From assembly GCA_038061125.1 (NCBI GenBank), contig JBBTZX010000034.1, positions 1 through 40,074 on the forward strand: a stretch of DNA of 40,074 nucleotides, written 5' to 3'. This document shows, one piece after another, positions 6,874-15,685 of the stretch. A program made the translations under genes and the position numbers. Within the stretch, counting starts at the first letter, position 1. The number at the start of each line of letters is the position of its first letter. The stretch is from Patescibacteria group bacterium (GTDB lineage Bacteria > Patescibacteriota > Microgenomatia > Levybacterales > UBA12049). The notes beneath the pieces are model-generated. The model worked only from the letters and a program-made list of their open reading frames with translations, was not told where the DNA came from and searched no databases.

Positions 6874-7536
6874 ATGAAAAAGCTTTTTATTGTAGGTAAT
6901 TGGAAGTCAAATAAAACAGCTCTCGAAGCCAAAAACTGGCTTGACGCGTTTAAGGTAAACGATTTAGGAATTACAGACAAAGAAATTATAATTTGTCCTC
7001 CATTTACCCTTTTGTCTTCGATTTCGTTAGAAGTTAGAAGTCAGAAGTTAGAAGCTAGGATTGGCGCGCAGGATATTTCCCCTTTTGATGAGGGTGCATA
7101 TACAGGAGAAATTAATGGGAAGCAAATTAAAGAGTTTGGGGATTATGTTTTGATTGGGCATTCCGAAAGGCGGCAATATCTTAAGGAAGATGACGAAATC
7201 TTAAATAGGAAAGTGATAATGGCTATTAAGTATAATTTGATACCAATTTTTTGCGTACAAGAACGGAATACTGTTATTCCTTCAGGCGTTAGAATAGTAG
7301 CTTACGAACCAATATGGGCAATTGGCACTGGTAATCCGGATACTCCGGATAATGCTGAACAAGTTGCAACAGCGATAAAATCTTCCAATAAAGAAATTAC
7401 ACATATTCTTTATGGCGGAAGCATAACGTCAGCGAATACAAATAGTTTTACAAAAATGTCCCAGATCGATGGGGTTTTGGTAGGAGGCGCAAGTCTAGAT
7501 TCCACGGAATTTTTAAAGATCATTAAAAATGCATAA
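6874..7536 (+). CDS. tpiA: Triosephosphate isomerase (short form)
   Basis: VGNWKSNKT, IGHSERR, AYEPIWAIGTG, LYGGS motifs. TATAAT at 6860-6865 lies 8 nt before the ATG. Confidence 0.9.
   Translation: MKKLFIVGNWKSNKTALEAKNWLDAFKVNDLGITDKEIIICPPFTLLSSISLEVRSQKLEARIGAQDISPFDEGAYTGEINGKQIKEFGDYVLIGHSERRQYLKEDDEILNRKVIMAIKYNLIPIFCVQERNTVIPSGVRIVAYEPIWAIGTGNPDTPDNAEQVATAIKSSNKEITHILYGGSITSANTNSFTKMSQIDGVLVGGASLDSTEFLKIIKNA
7026..7060. repeat. Tandem heptanucleotide repeat GTTAGAA x5 (units 3 and 5 diverged) inside tpiA
   Basis: gttagaa gttagaa gtcagaa gttagaa gctagga. Encodes LEVRSQKLEAR. Confidence 0.9.
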
Positions 7537-8620
7537 AAAAGTACTTATTATTTTTTTAATCCTGCTTTTGATAGTAGTTGGTAAAATAACGATTGAAGCA
7601 GTAAAAATTTCCCCCTTTTTATTTCAGCTAATTTTCACCAAGGATATAAATCTTAATAAATCGGATGATCATTTAAATATATTGCTTTTGGGTATTGGCG
7701 GGGGAACGCATGAAGGACCGGATCTGACAGATACTATAATTTTCGCTAGTATAGATATGAATAACAACAAAGCAATTCTTGCATCTATTCCGAGAGACTT
7801 ATGGAGTCCTGATTTAAACGCAAAAATAAATACAGCCTATTCAGGAGGAGAAGCAATCAGGAAAGGTGGTGGAATTACTTTGGCAAGTAGTGCTGTTTCA
7901 AAAATTCTGGATCAATCTATAAATTATACAGTTAGAATTGATTTTAACGGATTTATAAAAGCCCTGGATATTTTGGAAGGTCTTGATGTAAACGTTGATA
8001 AAAGCTTTGATGATTATGAATATCCAATTTCAGGTAAAGAAAATGATCTTTGTGGACGCACAGAAAAAGAAACACAGGCTCTTGCTACAGCATCTTCGCA
8101 GCTTGAAGCATTTCCCTGCCGTTATACCCATATACATTTCGATAAAGGATTACAGCGTATGGATGGAAAAACTGCTTTGGAATTCGTCAGATCACGCCAT
8201 GCACAAGGAGAAGAAGGTACTGATTTCGCAAGATCCAAAAGACAGGAAATTATTATAAAAGCTCTTAAGGATAAACTATTTTCCCTGCAAGTGCTGGCGA
8301 ATCCAATAAAAGTAATTGGTATTTACAGTACTATTAAGGATAGCATAGACACGAGCATAGAGCAGGATGAACTGGATGATTTTATTCGCCTAGCACAAAA
8401 AATGAAAAACGTAAAAATAGAAAGCGCGGTTTTGGATTACGGTGATGATCTAACAGGAAGATCTGGACTTCTTATGAATCCGCCAATAAGCCAAGAATTT
8501 AATTATGCTTGGGTGCTTATTCCAAGAATAGGAAACGGCAATTTCTCCGAAATCCAGAAATTCGTTAAATGTGAGATAACACAAGGAAACTGTGTGGTTT
8601 TACCAAAACCCGTTTATTAA
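7529..8620 (+). CDS. LytR-CpsA-Psr (LCP) family cell-envelope phosphotransferase
   Basis: N-terminal TM helix. NILLLGIGGG...PDLTDTIIFASID and ASIPRDL are LCP-domain hallmarks, followed by FVRSRH. 8-nt overlap with tpiA. Confidence 0.8.
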   Translation: MHKKVLIIFLILLLIVVGKITIEAVKISPFLFQLIFTKDINLNKSDDHLNILLLGIGGGTHEGPDLTDTIIFASIDMNNNKAILASIPRDLWSPDLNAKINTAYSGGEAIRKGGGITLASSAVSKILDQSINYTVRIDFNGFIKALDILEGLDVNVDKSFDDYEYPISGKENDLCGRTEKETQALATASSQLEAFPCRYTHIHFDKGLQRMDGKTALEFVRSRHAQGEEGTDFARSKRQEIIIKALKDKLFSLQVLANPIKVIGIYSTIKDSIDTSIEQDELDDFIRLAQKMKNVKIESAVLDYGDDLTGRSGLLMNPPISQEFNYAWVLIPRIGNGNFSEIQKFVKCEITQGNCVVLPKPVY

Positions 8621-8629
8621 AAACCCGAT

Positions 8630-10726
8630 CTAATATTTGAATTTATAGATTGTTACTCCTTTGTTTAGATATATTATACTGCCGAGTTGTTTAAATTTAT
8701 CCTCATTTAAATACAAATATTTTTTTCTTTCCAGCTCACCTACATAGACATATGAAATATTGTATTTCTTCAGAAGTTCTTTTGTAACGAGTAAATCTTT
8801 GGATTCGTAAAGGGCTGATACATCATTGATTCTGGGAGCGGGGATATCGTAAGTTCCGCGCCATAACCACTCATGTACTGTCCAACCCAAAACTGTCGGA
8901 AGACCGGTATTCGCAGATATTCTGGCATAATCTGTATAAGAATCTCCTTGCGCTTCCAAAATTACAGGTTGTCCTTTGATATTCTTGTTTATCCATTGAA
9001 TTGCCAAATAGTCATTTGGATAAAGAGAATTTAAATAAGATGTACCGTTAAGCCCTTTGTAGGAATTTAACCCGCCATAATAAGAGTTAATTGCAAAATA
9101 AGGATAAATCCCTACGAGAAATAACCCAATAATGCCAATTCCAAATACTACCAATTTGAAATAAGAAAGTCTAAGATTTGAAAATATTTTAAAAATTATA
9201 TAACCTGAAGAAATAGATAGCATGATGAAAGATTCGTAAACAAGTTTAAACATAGTATTCGCTCTATAATGAGCAGGATAAATGTCCTTTAAATACACAA
9301 ATTCAGGAACAACGATAAGAATCGTAGATAAGATTATTAGAATTCCAATGAAGATATCACTAGCGTTTGGTTTATAACGCTTAGCGTTTAGTTTTAGAAA
9401 AATAATAAATGCTATAACCCAGAAATAAAAAAATCCGTAAAGAATTGCCAGCTGCCAAAGAGGAGATTTTTGACAATGGTTTGGTTCAAAAAGAAAAGGA
9501 CCAAGATGTCCGATATCCGTCAAAAACTTTGGTGCGCAAAGAATTCCGATATTGGAAGCAAAGGGAGTAAAATTTTTAGAAAAAGGTAAAGAGAAAAGAA
9601 ATGCGCCTCCCATAAGAAACAGAAGGTTCATATATATTCCGGATTTAGGCTTAATAAAAAGAATAATAAGAAAGACAAGCAAGAAATAGATAATTGTATC
9701 CCAAACATTTGTCATATACATTATTGCCAATAAAAAGCTTATTAAAAGCAGAGTTGGGATTTTGAAGTTTTTAGAATAGAAAGATGAGAGAAGGATGGCA
9801 ATTGTAAGCAAAACGAAAGGGATATCCAATACATGTCCATGTAAATCCGAAACAACGAAAGAATAAATTGGGAATTCATGGATAGTATTGAAAATAAAAC
9901 GCGTTGCATTGGGGTACCAGTATGCATTTGGGAAATTTTGCGGAGAAAATATAAGCTGCCAAAAGGGAACAGGCGAGCCATTTACATAAGGAGTGAAAAA
10001 TGAATATATAGAGTGGATATTTCCTCCCATAGCTACAAGAAGCGAAGTCAGTAGTCCTCCAAGAAGAATTTTTAATTTTAAATTTTTAATTTTAAATTGA
10101 CTAAGAAGATTTAACCCGATAGAAAAACTGGCGGTAAAGGTTAAAGAAAATAAAGTAGCGATCATAAGGTTATAAGTTATGAAAGAGGGGATTTGAGATA
10201 TTTTCGTCAAAAGAGCAGTCACTAAATGGCCAAAATAATAGTAGTTTATAGGAAATGGTGTAAACCACATATCGCGCGGAGGAAAATAATCAGCCCGCAG
10301 AATGGAATTTACGAATCCAAAATCCATAAATTTTTCCAGCCCATGGATATCAGGCTGAAATCCTCTTACATAAGACCAAAAGAGGAGAGCGGCCAAAAAG
10401 ATTAGCTCTTCGAGAAAATAGATCCCCAAATTTTTCTTAAAATTTAATTTCGATAGAAACTTAGTTTTTTTAGCAACGAATAGATTAACAATTAATAAAA
10501 TTATACAAACAAGAATAATAGTAGGCATTTGGAATGGAAGGATTTTTAATATCCCAAGCAAAAAAACTATATAACTTAAAATTGCAATTCCCAGAATTCT
10601 TGAAAAAATATATCCTCTGTCAAAAAAATTAGAAAAAATGCTGGTAGTCAGCGGCAAAAAAACAATCCCAATAGTAAGAAACATTACCCACCATTTAAAA
10701 ACGTAAGATAAATCAGATAGAAACAT
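8630..10726 (-). CDS. Large polytopic membrane protein, DUF2298 / chlor_Arch_YYY-type (GT-C-like)
   Basis: 698 aa, more than 15 hydrophobic segments, INYYYFGH motif, soluble C-terminal domain. Confidence 0.6.
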   Translation of the reverse strand: MFLSDLSYVFKWWVMFLTIGIVFLPLTTSIFSNFFDRGYIFSRILGIAILSYIVFLLGILKILPFQMPTIILVCIILLIVNLFVAKKTKFLSKLNFKKNLGIYFLEELIFLAALLFWSYVRGFQPDIHGLEKFMDFGFVNSILRADYFPPRDMWFTPFPINYYYFGHLVTALLTKISQIPSFITYNLMIATLFSLTFTASFSIGLNLLSQFKIKNLKLKILLGGLLTSLLVAMGGNIHSIYSFFTPYVNGSPVPFWQLIFSPQNFPNAYWYPNATRFIFNTIHEFPIYSFVVSDLHGHVLDIPFVLLTIAILLSSFYSKNFKIPTLLLISFLLAIMYMTNVWDTIIYFLLVFLIILFIKPKSGIYMNLLFLMGGAFLFSLPFSKNFTPFASNIGILCAPKFLTDIGHLGPFLFEPNHCQKSPLWQLAILYGFFYFWVIAFIIFLKLNAKRYKPNASDIFIGILIILSTILIVVPEFVYLKDIYPAHYRANTMFKLVYESFIMLSISSGYIIFKIFSNLRLSYFKLVVFGIGIIGLFLVGIYPYFAINSYYGGLNSYKGLNGTSYLNSLYPNDYLAIQWINKNIKGQPVILEAQGDSYTDYARISANTGLPTVLGWTVHEWLWRGTYDIPAPRINDVSALYESKDLLVTKELLKKYNISYVYVGELERKKYLYLNEDKFKQLGSIIYLNKGVTIYKFKY
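10068..10098. repeat. 14-nt tandem repeat ATTTTTAATTTTAA x2.2 (two diverged 7-mers per unit) inside the YYY-protein CDS
   Basis: Read directly at 10068-10081, 10082-10095 and a partial third unit. Low-complexity AT sequence. Confidence 0.7.
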
Positions 10727-10731
10727 ATGTT

Positions 10732-11271
10732 CTACATAAACATTTCCGAGAGATCTTTTATGGCAAATAAATTACTTTCCAATTTCCTACTTTCCTTAGC
10801 GTTAAGCCAAAAAAATTTTGTTTTTGAATTTTCCAATAACAAATAATTTAGTAACCTTAAATCATCATCGACGTAAAGATCGATTTTAAGTTTTTCAATA
10901 ACGGCCTTTTTAAAAAAATGGGGTTGCTCATTTCCAAAATTGAAGAATAATCCGTCAAAAAACATATCCAATTCATGCTTTTTAATTAAAGCTTCAGTTT
11001 TATTTCTCAAAAAACTAAACCTACTTGATATAAGATAGTATTTATCTGTATTCTTGCGATGAAGTTTTTTGATAATTTCGATGTTTTTTTTAATTGGGGG
11101 GCGGAAAAGAGGATAATGTGAAATTAATCTTATAATCTGCTCCGCTTTGGATGGTATTCGGTATGAGAGTTCGCCATTTGCCTTTTTTTTGTATAATCTA
11201 TCAATTAGTCCGTCAGGGACAAAAGGAGGATAGTTAATAAAAATTTTATCCAGATCAAAACCAACATTCAT
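10732..11271 (-). CDS. HAD-superfamily hydrolase-like protein
   Basis: 179 aa. GFDLDK (DxD motif I), LISSR (motif II-like), LYVDDD (motif IV-like). Confidence 0.45.
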   Translation of the reverse strand: MNVGFDLDKIFINYPPFVPDGLIDRLYKKKANGELSYRIPSKAEQIIRLISHYPLFRPPIKKNIEIIKKLHRKNTDKYYLISSRFSFLRNKTEALIKKHELDMFFDGLFFNFGNEQPHFFKKAVIEKLKIDLYVDDDLRLLNYLLLENSKTKFFWLNAKESRKLESNLFAIKDLSEMFM

Positions 11272-11310
11272 AGTTTGCTTTACCTTGAATAATATCTTAT
11301 CATTATTTCT

Positions 11311-12351
11311 ATGAAAATTCTCATAACGGGAGGAGCTGGTTTTTTAGGCTTACACCTTGCTTCATTTTTTTCCAAGAAGAATCATAAGCTAATATCATTA
11401 GATGTTCAGAAGTTTGACAAAAGTGAATATGCAAAAGATTTTAGAACAGAAATTTGCGATATTAGAAACAAAAGAAAACTTAATAGCTTAATCAGAGATC
11501 AAGATATTGTTATTCATGCGGCTGCAGCTCTCCCGCTTTGGAAGGAAAAGGATATTTATACTACAAATATCGATGGAACAAGAAATATTTTAGAATTGGC
11601 AAAAAAACACAAAGTAAAAAGAGTTATCTATATCTCATCAACTGCTGTTTATGGTATTCCCAAAAAACATCCTATTCTCGAAAAAGATCCAAGAGTTGGG
11701 GTAGGAGCTTATGGTAAAACGAAAATTTTAGCAGAAGATCTTTGTTTTCAGGCCATTAAGGAAGGATTGAATGTTACGATTATCCGACCAAAAACTTTTG
11801 TTGGTACAGGGCGTTTAGGAGTTTTTGAGATTCTTTTTGATTGGATTCACGATGGTAAAAAAATCCCGGTGTTAGGAAATGGTAACAATAGATATCAATT
11901 ATTAGATGTTGATGATCTCGTTAAGGCAATATATACATTTTGTTTAGAAGACGAAAAGTCTTACAATGACGTTTTTAATATAGGAGCAGAGAACTTTGGT
12001 ACTGTAAGAAATGACTTGCAGGAAGTTTTTGATGTGGATAATTCAGGATCAAGGATTTTTCCAACTCCAGCTTTTTTTCTAAAAAAAGCATTATGGTTTT
12101 TTGAAAAAATTGGAGTGTCCCCTTTATATCAATGGGTATATGATACTGCTGATAAAGATTCATTTGTTTCAATAGAAAAAATTAAAAAAACTTTAAAATG
12201 GAAACCTGAATATTCCAACTCTCAAGCTCTTATTAAATCTTATCGTTGGTATCTTAAAAATTATAAAGAGATAAAATCTAAGACGTCAGGCGTTACGCAT
12301 ACGGTTGGTTGGAAACAAGGAGTGCTTAAGTTATTTAAGTATTTCGCATAA
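11311..12351 (+). CDS. NAD-dependent epimerase/dehydratase (extended SDR)
   Basis: ILITGGAGFLGLHL Rossmann motif, YGKTK catalytic YxxxK, 346 aa. Confidence 0.8.
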   Translation: MKILITGGAGFLGLHLASFFSKKNHKLISLDVQKFDKSEYAKDFRTEICDIRNKRKLNSLIRDQDIVIHAAAALPLWKEKDIYTTNIDGTRNILELAKKHKVKRVIYISSTAVYGIPKKHPILEKDPRVGVGAYGKTKILAEDLCFQAIKEGLNVTIIRPKTFVGTGRLGVFEILFDWIHDGKKIPVLGNGNNRYQLLDVDDLVKAIYTFCLEDEKSYNDVFNIGAENFGTVRNDLQEVFDVDNSGSRIFPTPAFFLKKALWFFEKIGVSPLYQWVYDTADKDSFVSIEKIKKTLKWKPEYSNSQALIKSYRWYLKNYKEIKSKTSGVTHTVGWKQGVLKLFKYFA

Positions 12352-12365
12352 CTTTTCCTTCTTCG

Positions 12366-14051
12366 CTATTGTTTTTTGAAGATCATTACTTTCGGGTGAT
12401 CATATACGGTAAAGGATTCGTCAGCGTTTTGGTCATCAATAGCTATATTTAATAGTGGGATTGTCGGAAGATTTTCAAATTCTGCAACCTTTTCGTATCC
12501 CAAACTTCCGTTAAAAAGATTTTTATAATAGTTTGCCGTTATTGGATAACAATGATAGGGAGGGATTTTCTTGCAATCCGTAAGTTTTTGCAATGGTACA
12601 TATAAGCGGTTTGAGGCGATAATAATATAGTCAATATTAGCAAGGCTTTTATTGATTATTTGCCATTTTTGAAAAGTATCGGGATCATAAAGAGGAAGGG
12701 TTATGGTTTTGTATGAAGATCCTCCAAGAGGCAACTGATCGTCCCAATGTTCAACGGCGATAGTTTTATCCAAAGATATATTTTGGTAGATCCAATTAGA
12801 TGCAAGCACTCGGGTATTGGGTTTTGTATAAATATTCATAAAAGATAAAGGCCAGATGAGTAAGAGAGCTATGAATAACGGTATAGGTATTTTTAGTTTG
12901 CTTTTGAGCAATGTATACAATCTCCAAACAAGTAAAGCAGCAAATAATGAAAATAAGGGATATAGCGGAAGCATATAGCGCATCCATCCAACTGCAAATT
13001 TTCCCACAACGAAGAAATAAGTCCAGAAAAAGACTACTAAGATCAATTCTTGTGCCCACTTAGTTTTCTTTTCTTTTTTTACGGCAACAATAGTGAAATA
13101 TAATGCTCCGATAAAAGACACAGTTGCTAAGATTGGTCCCAATCCCCACATAAAAATGTTTTTAAGTTCATAGAAATATGGAGTTTTATCAACATACTGC
13201 AATGTATAGGGAAATGTAAAAGCATCATAAGTCATTTGACGTTGCTGCATTGTTTGCTGCCAAAATTCACGAAAATCTATAAGAGCATACGGCTCAACAA
13301 TTATAAATACGACAATTGCGGCTATAACAACGACAACACCTTTTAAGATAAGCGTTTTTATAAGTTTCGGTAGATGAGGAAACCATATTTTAGGACGATG
13401 AGGATTTTTTAGAAAAACCAAAATAAAATCTATTGTTAATGTTAGTCCGATGGATACTAAGATTACCGTAGCGCTTATTTTTGTTCCCAAAGCAAAGCCA
13501 AATGCAGCGCCTGTTACAAGAGCATTACGTATAGTTGATTTCTCATAAAAATTTATAAGGAGATAAAGGGTGAGTAAAATAAAAAAATTTAGAAGTGTGT
13601 CAACCGCATAAAAATGAGAAAGCTGAATGGGAAGAACACTTATTGCGTAAAAGAAAGCGGAAAGATTGCCGACACTTTTATTAAACAGTTTTTTCCCCAA
13701 CAAATAAATTAGCAATAAAGTTCCCATATCGAATAACAATGAAAGGAAGCGACCGACAAGATTAACCTTGTCGTATTGTGCAAATAATGGATTAACGTTG
13801 CTTAGCATACTTCCGCTTAATCTCAATAGGTATAGAGGTAAGCTTCCATAGGCAAAAAAATGAGGATTCAATGAACTATTTACGGACAGGAATTCCTGCA
13901 TAGGCATTGGAACTTCAAGGGGTACGGTAAAAAGAGTTATTGCTCTTTCGTCTGGATGCAAATGAAATCCTTGATCCCAATTAAGATTATATGATCTAAG
14001 AATTAAACCAAGAATAAAAATACTCATCAAAAGGTAATTAATTTTCTTCAT
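12366..14051 (-). CDS. GT-C fold glycosyltransferase (GT39/ArnT/PMT-like) membrane protein
   Basis: 561 aa. N-terminal HPDER motif after TM1, many TM helices, soluble C-terminal domain. Paralogue of 14048-15685, with a 4-nt overlap. Confidence 0.6.
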   Translation of the reverse strand: MKKINYLLMSIFILGLILRSYNLNWDQGFHLHPDERAITLFTVPLEVPMPMQEFLSVNSSLNPHFFAYGSLPLYLLRLSGSMLSNVNPLFAQYDKVNLVGRFLSLLFDMGTLLLIYLLGKKLFNKSVGNLSAFFYAISVLPIQLSHFYAVDTLLNFFILLTLYLLINFYEKSTIRNALVTGAAFGFALGTKISATVILVSIGLTLTIDFILVFLKNPHRPKIWFPHLPKLIKTLILKGVVVVIAAIVVFIIVEPYALIDFREFWQQTMQQRQMTYDAFTFPYTLQYVDKTPYFYELKNIFMWGLGPILATVSFIGALYFTIVAVKKEKKTKWAQELILVVFFWTYFFVVGKFAVGWMRYMLPLYPLFSLFAALLVWRLYTLLKSKLKIPIPLFIALLLIWPLSFMNIYTKPNTRVLASNWIYQNISLDKTIAVEHWDDQLPLGGSSYKTITLPLYDPDTFQKWQIINKSLANIDYIIIASNRLYVPLQKLTDCKKIPPYHCYPITANYYKNLFNGSLGYEKVAEFENLPTIPLLNIAIDDQNADESFTVYDHPKVMIFKKQ

Positions 14052-15685
14052 ATTTTCTTAAAGATAAAAACAGTTGGTCTATCAAATACATTAGCAGTTT
14101 GTTCTAATGAAAAAAGCGGATTCCCAAAATAAGAAATTTTACAGAATATATCGCAAGGAGTTTGATAAATTTTAGTAAAACCAATATTCTCATTAAGAAG
14201 TAAATTATAAAATTTATTACCCGATGGAAATTTTTCGCTATTCATAATGCGTGTTTTCATAATACGATTGCTCGGTAGGGCTATGTAATCAGTACGAGCA
14301 AGTAAAAAAGATAGCTCTTCAGTTTTTGTTGGTGCGTTATTATCAAGGTCATAAAAATTAAATAAAGTGATATTTGGGAAAAATGAATTAAAGGGAAGTA
14401 TTCCCAAATCGTAAACTTCACTTAGGATGCGTGCGTTACTGGAAATATTTTGCTTAGCAAATCTTAATGCAGACATTCTGGTGTCTTCATTTATAAAAGC
14501 GGTTTTGAAATAAGAAAAAGTAAAAATTATTGCAGAAATGCTTAATATCAAGAATATAATTTTTGAGAAAATCTTTATCGTATTCTTTCTCGTCTCTAAC
14601 AAGTCTACCATGAACAAGGAGATTGTAAGATAGATAAAAGGTAGGGTTGGTACCATATATCTTGTCCATTTGGCAAACAGAAACGATTGGAGAAGAAATA
14701 GTATTAAGTAGCAAGCATTAAGCATTAAGTATTGGGGATTTTTAGTTTTTATTCCTTTGAAAAGCAAATAAAAAAATGAAAAGATAAAAACAGTTGTTAA
14801 AACGGGATTGAGAAGGAAGGGGTAAATTTTTGTGAATTGGAAAACAACAGGAACAGAACTAAAAAATTCACCAGTGTAAAATACGGGTAAAGTTCCCAAT
14901 GCAACTGAAGATTCGTATTTTAGGCTGGACATAAATGAACCAAAGTCCAAAAATGCAAAAGGAGAAGTTGAAAACAATATAATTATTGTCGGAAGAAAAA
15001 CCATTAATGAATCCGAAATAGAAGCTCTTATTAAATAAAATGGTTTCTGTTTGTTTTTGATATTATTTATTAAGACAAAAAGTAGAATATAGAAAAAAAT
15101 AAAACCTCCTGATATCTTCGTAGATAATAAAAGCCCAAAAATAAGACCTATTATCAAAAGCAGTTTCTTGTTGCCCGAGTTTAAAAATAATAAAGAAAGA
15201 TAAAGGATAGCTAACGATAAAAATGTTATCCATATTTCAAATGTAGAGAAATGGGCGAATTGAATAAGCCCAATACTAAAGGTAGTCATAAAAGCGGAAA
15301 AAATTCCTGTTTTTTTATCTCTTAACGTTTTTCCCGTAGCATAAATTAAGGGAATAATTAGTAAAGAAAGAAAAGCGGAATAAAATCTTCCTATAAAAAT
15401 TGATTTATCAAAGGAGGATTGAGCTATTGGTTTTAAGGAAAAAATTACATTGATCATGATGGAGCTAAGATAATTTAAATATATTGGAAAACTTCCATAT
15501 GCAAAAAAATGAGGGTTCATTTGTAAGGGGAAATTAAGTTGTGAAACTGCAGAAGCAATATTGCGTTCATCCGGGTGGAAATAGAAAGGAGCGCCCCAAT
15601 TAAGATTATAAAATCTCAAAAAACCGCCGATTAAGATTAATATAATTATTATTAATATTTCCTTATTTTTTAATAAATTTTTCAT
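14048..15685 (-). CDS. GT-C fold glycosyltransferase (GT39/ArnT/PMT-like) membrane protein
   Basis: Start moved to the internal ATG at 15685 (MKNLLKNKEIL...), which forms an ATGA overlap with the stop of the upstream oxidoreductase. HPDERN motif, many TM helices. Confidence 0.6.
   Translation of the reverse strand: MKNLLKNKEILIIIILILIGGFLRFYNLNWGAPFYFHPDERNIASAVSQLNFPLQMNPHFFAYGSFPIYLNYLSSIMINVIFSLKPIAQSSFDKSIFIGRFYSAFLSLLIIPLIYATGKTLRDKKTGIFSAFMTTFSIGLIQFAHFSTFEIWITFLSLAILYLSLLFLNSGNKKLLLIIGLIFGLLLSTKISGGFIFFYILLFVLINNIKNKQKPFYLIRASISDSLMVFLPTIIILFSTSPFAFLDFGSFMSSLKYESSVALGTLPVFYTGEFFSSVPVVFQFTKIYPFLLNPVLTTVFIFSFFYLLFKGIKTKNPQYLMLNACYLILFLLQSFLFAKWTRYMVPTLPFIYLTISLFMVDLLETRKNTIKIFSKIIFLILSISAIIFTFSYFKTAFINEDTRMSALRFAKQNISSNARILSEVYDLGILPFNSFFPNITLFNFYDLDNNAPTKTEELSFLLARTDYIALPSNRIMKTRIMNSEKFPSGNKFYNLLLNENIGFTKIYQTPCDIFCKISYFGNPLFSLEQTANVFDRPTVFIFKKI
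14713..14733. repeat. Tandem heptanucleotide repeat AAGCATT x3 (third unit AAGTATT) inside the GT-C CDS
   Basis: aagcatt aagcatt aagtatt read directly. Confidence 0.8.
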
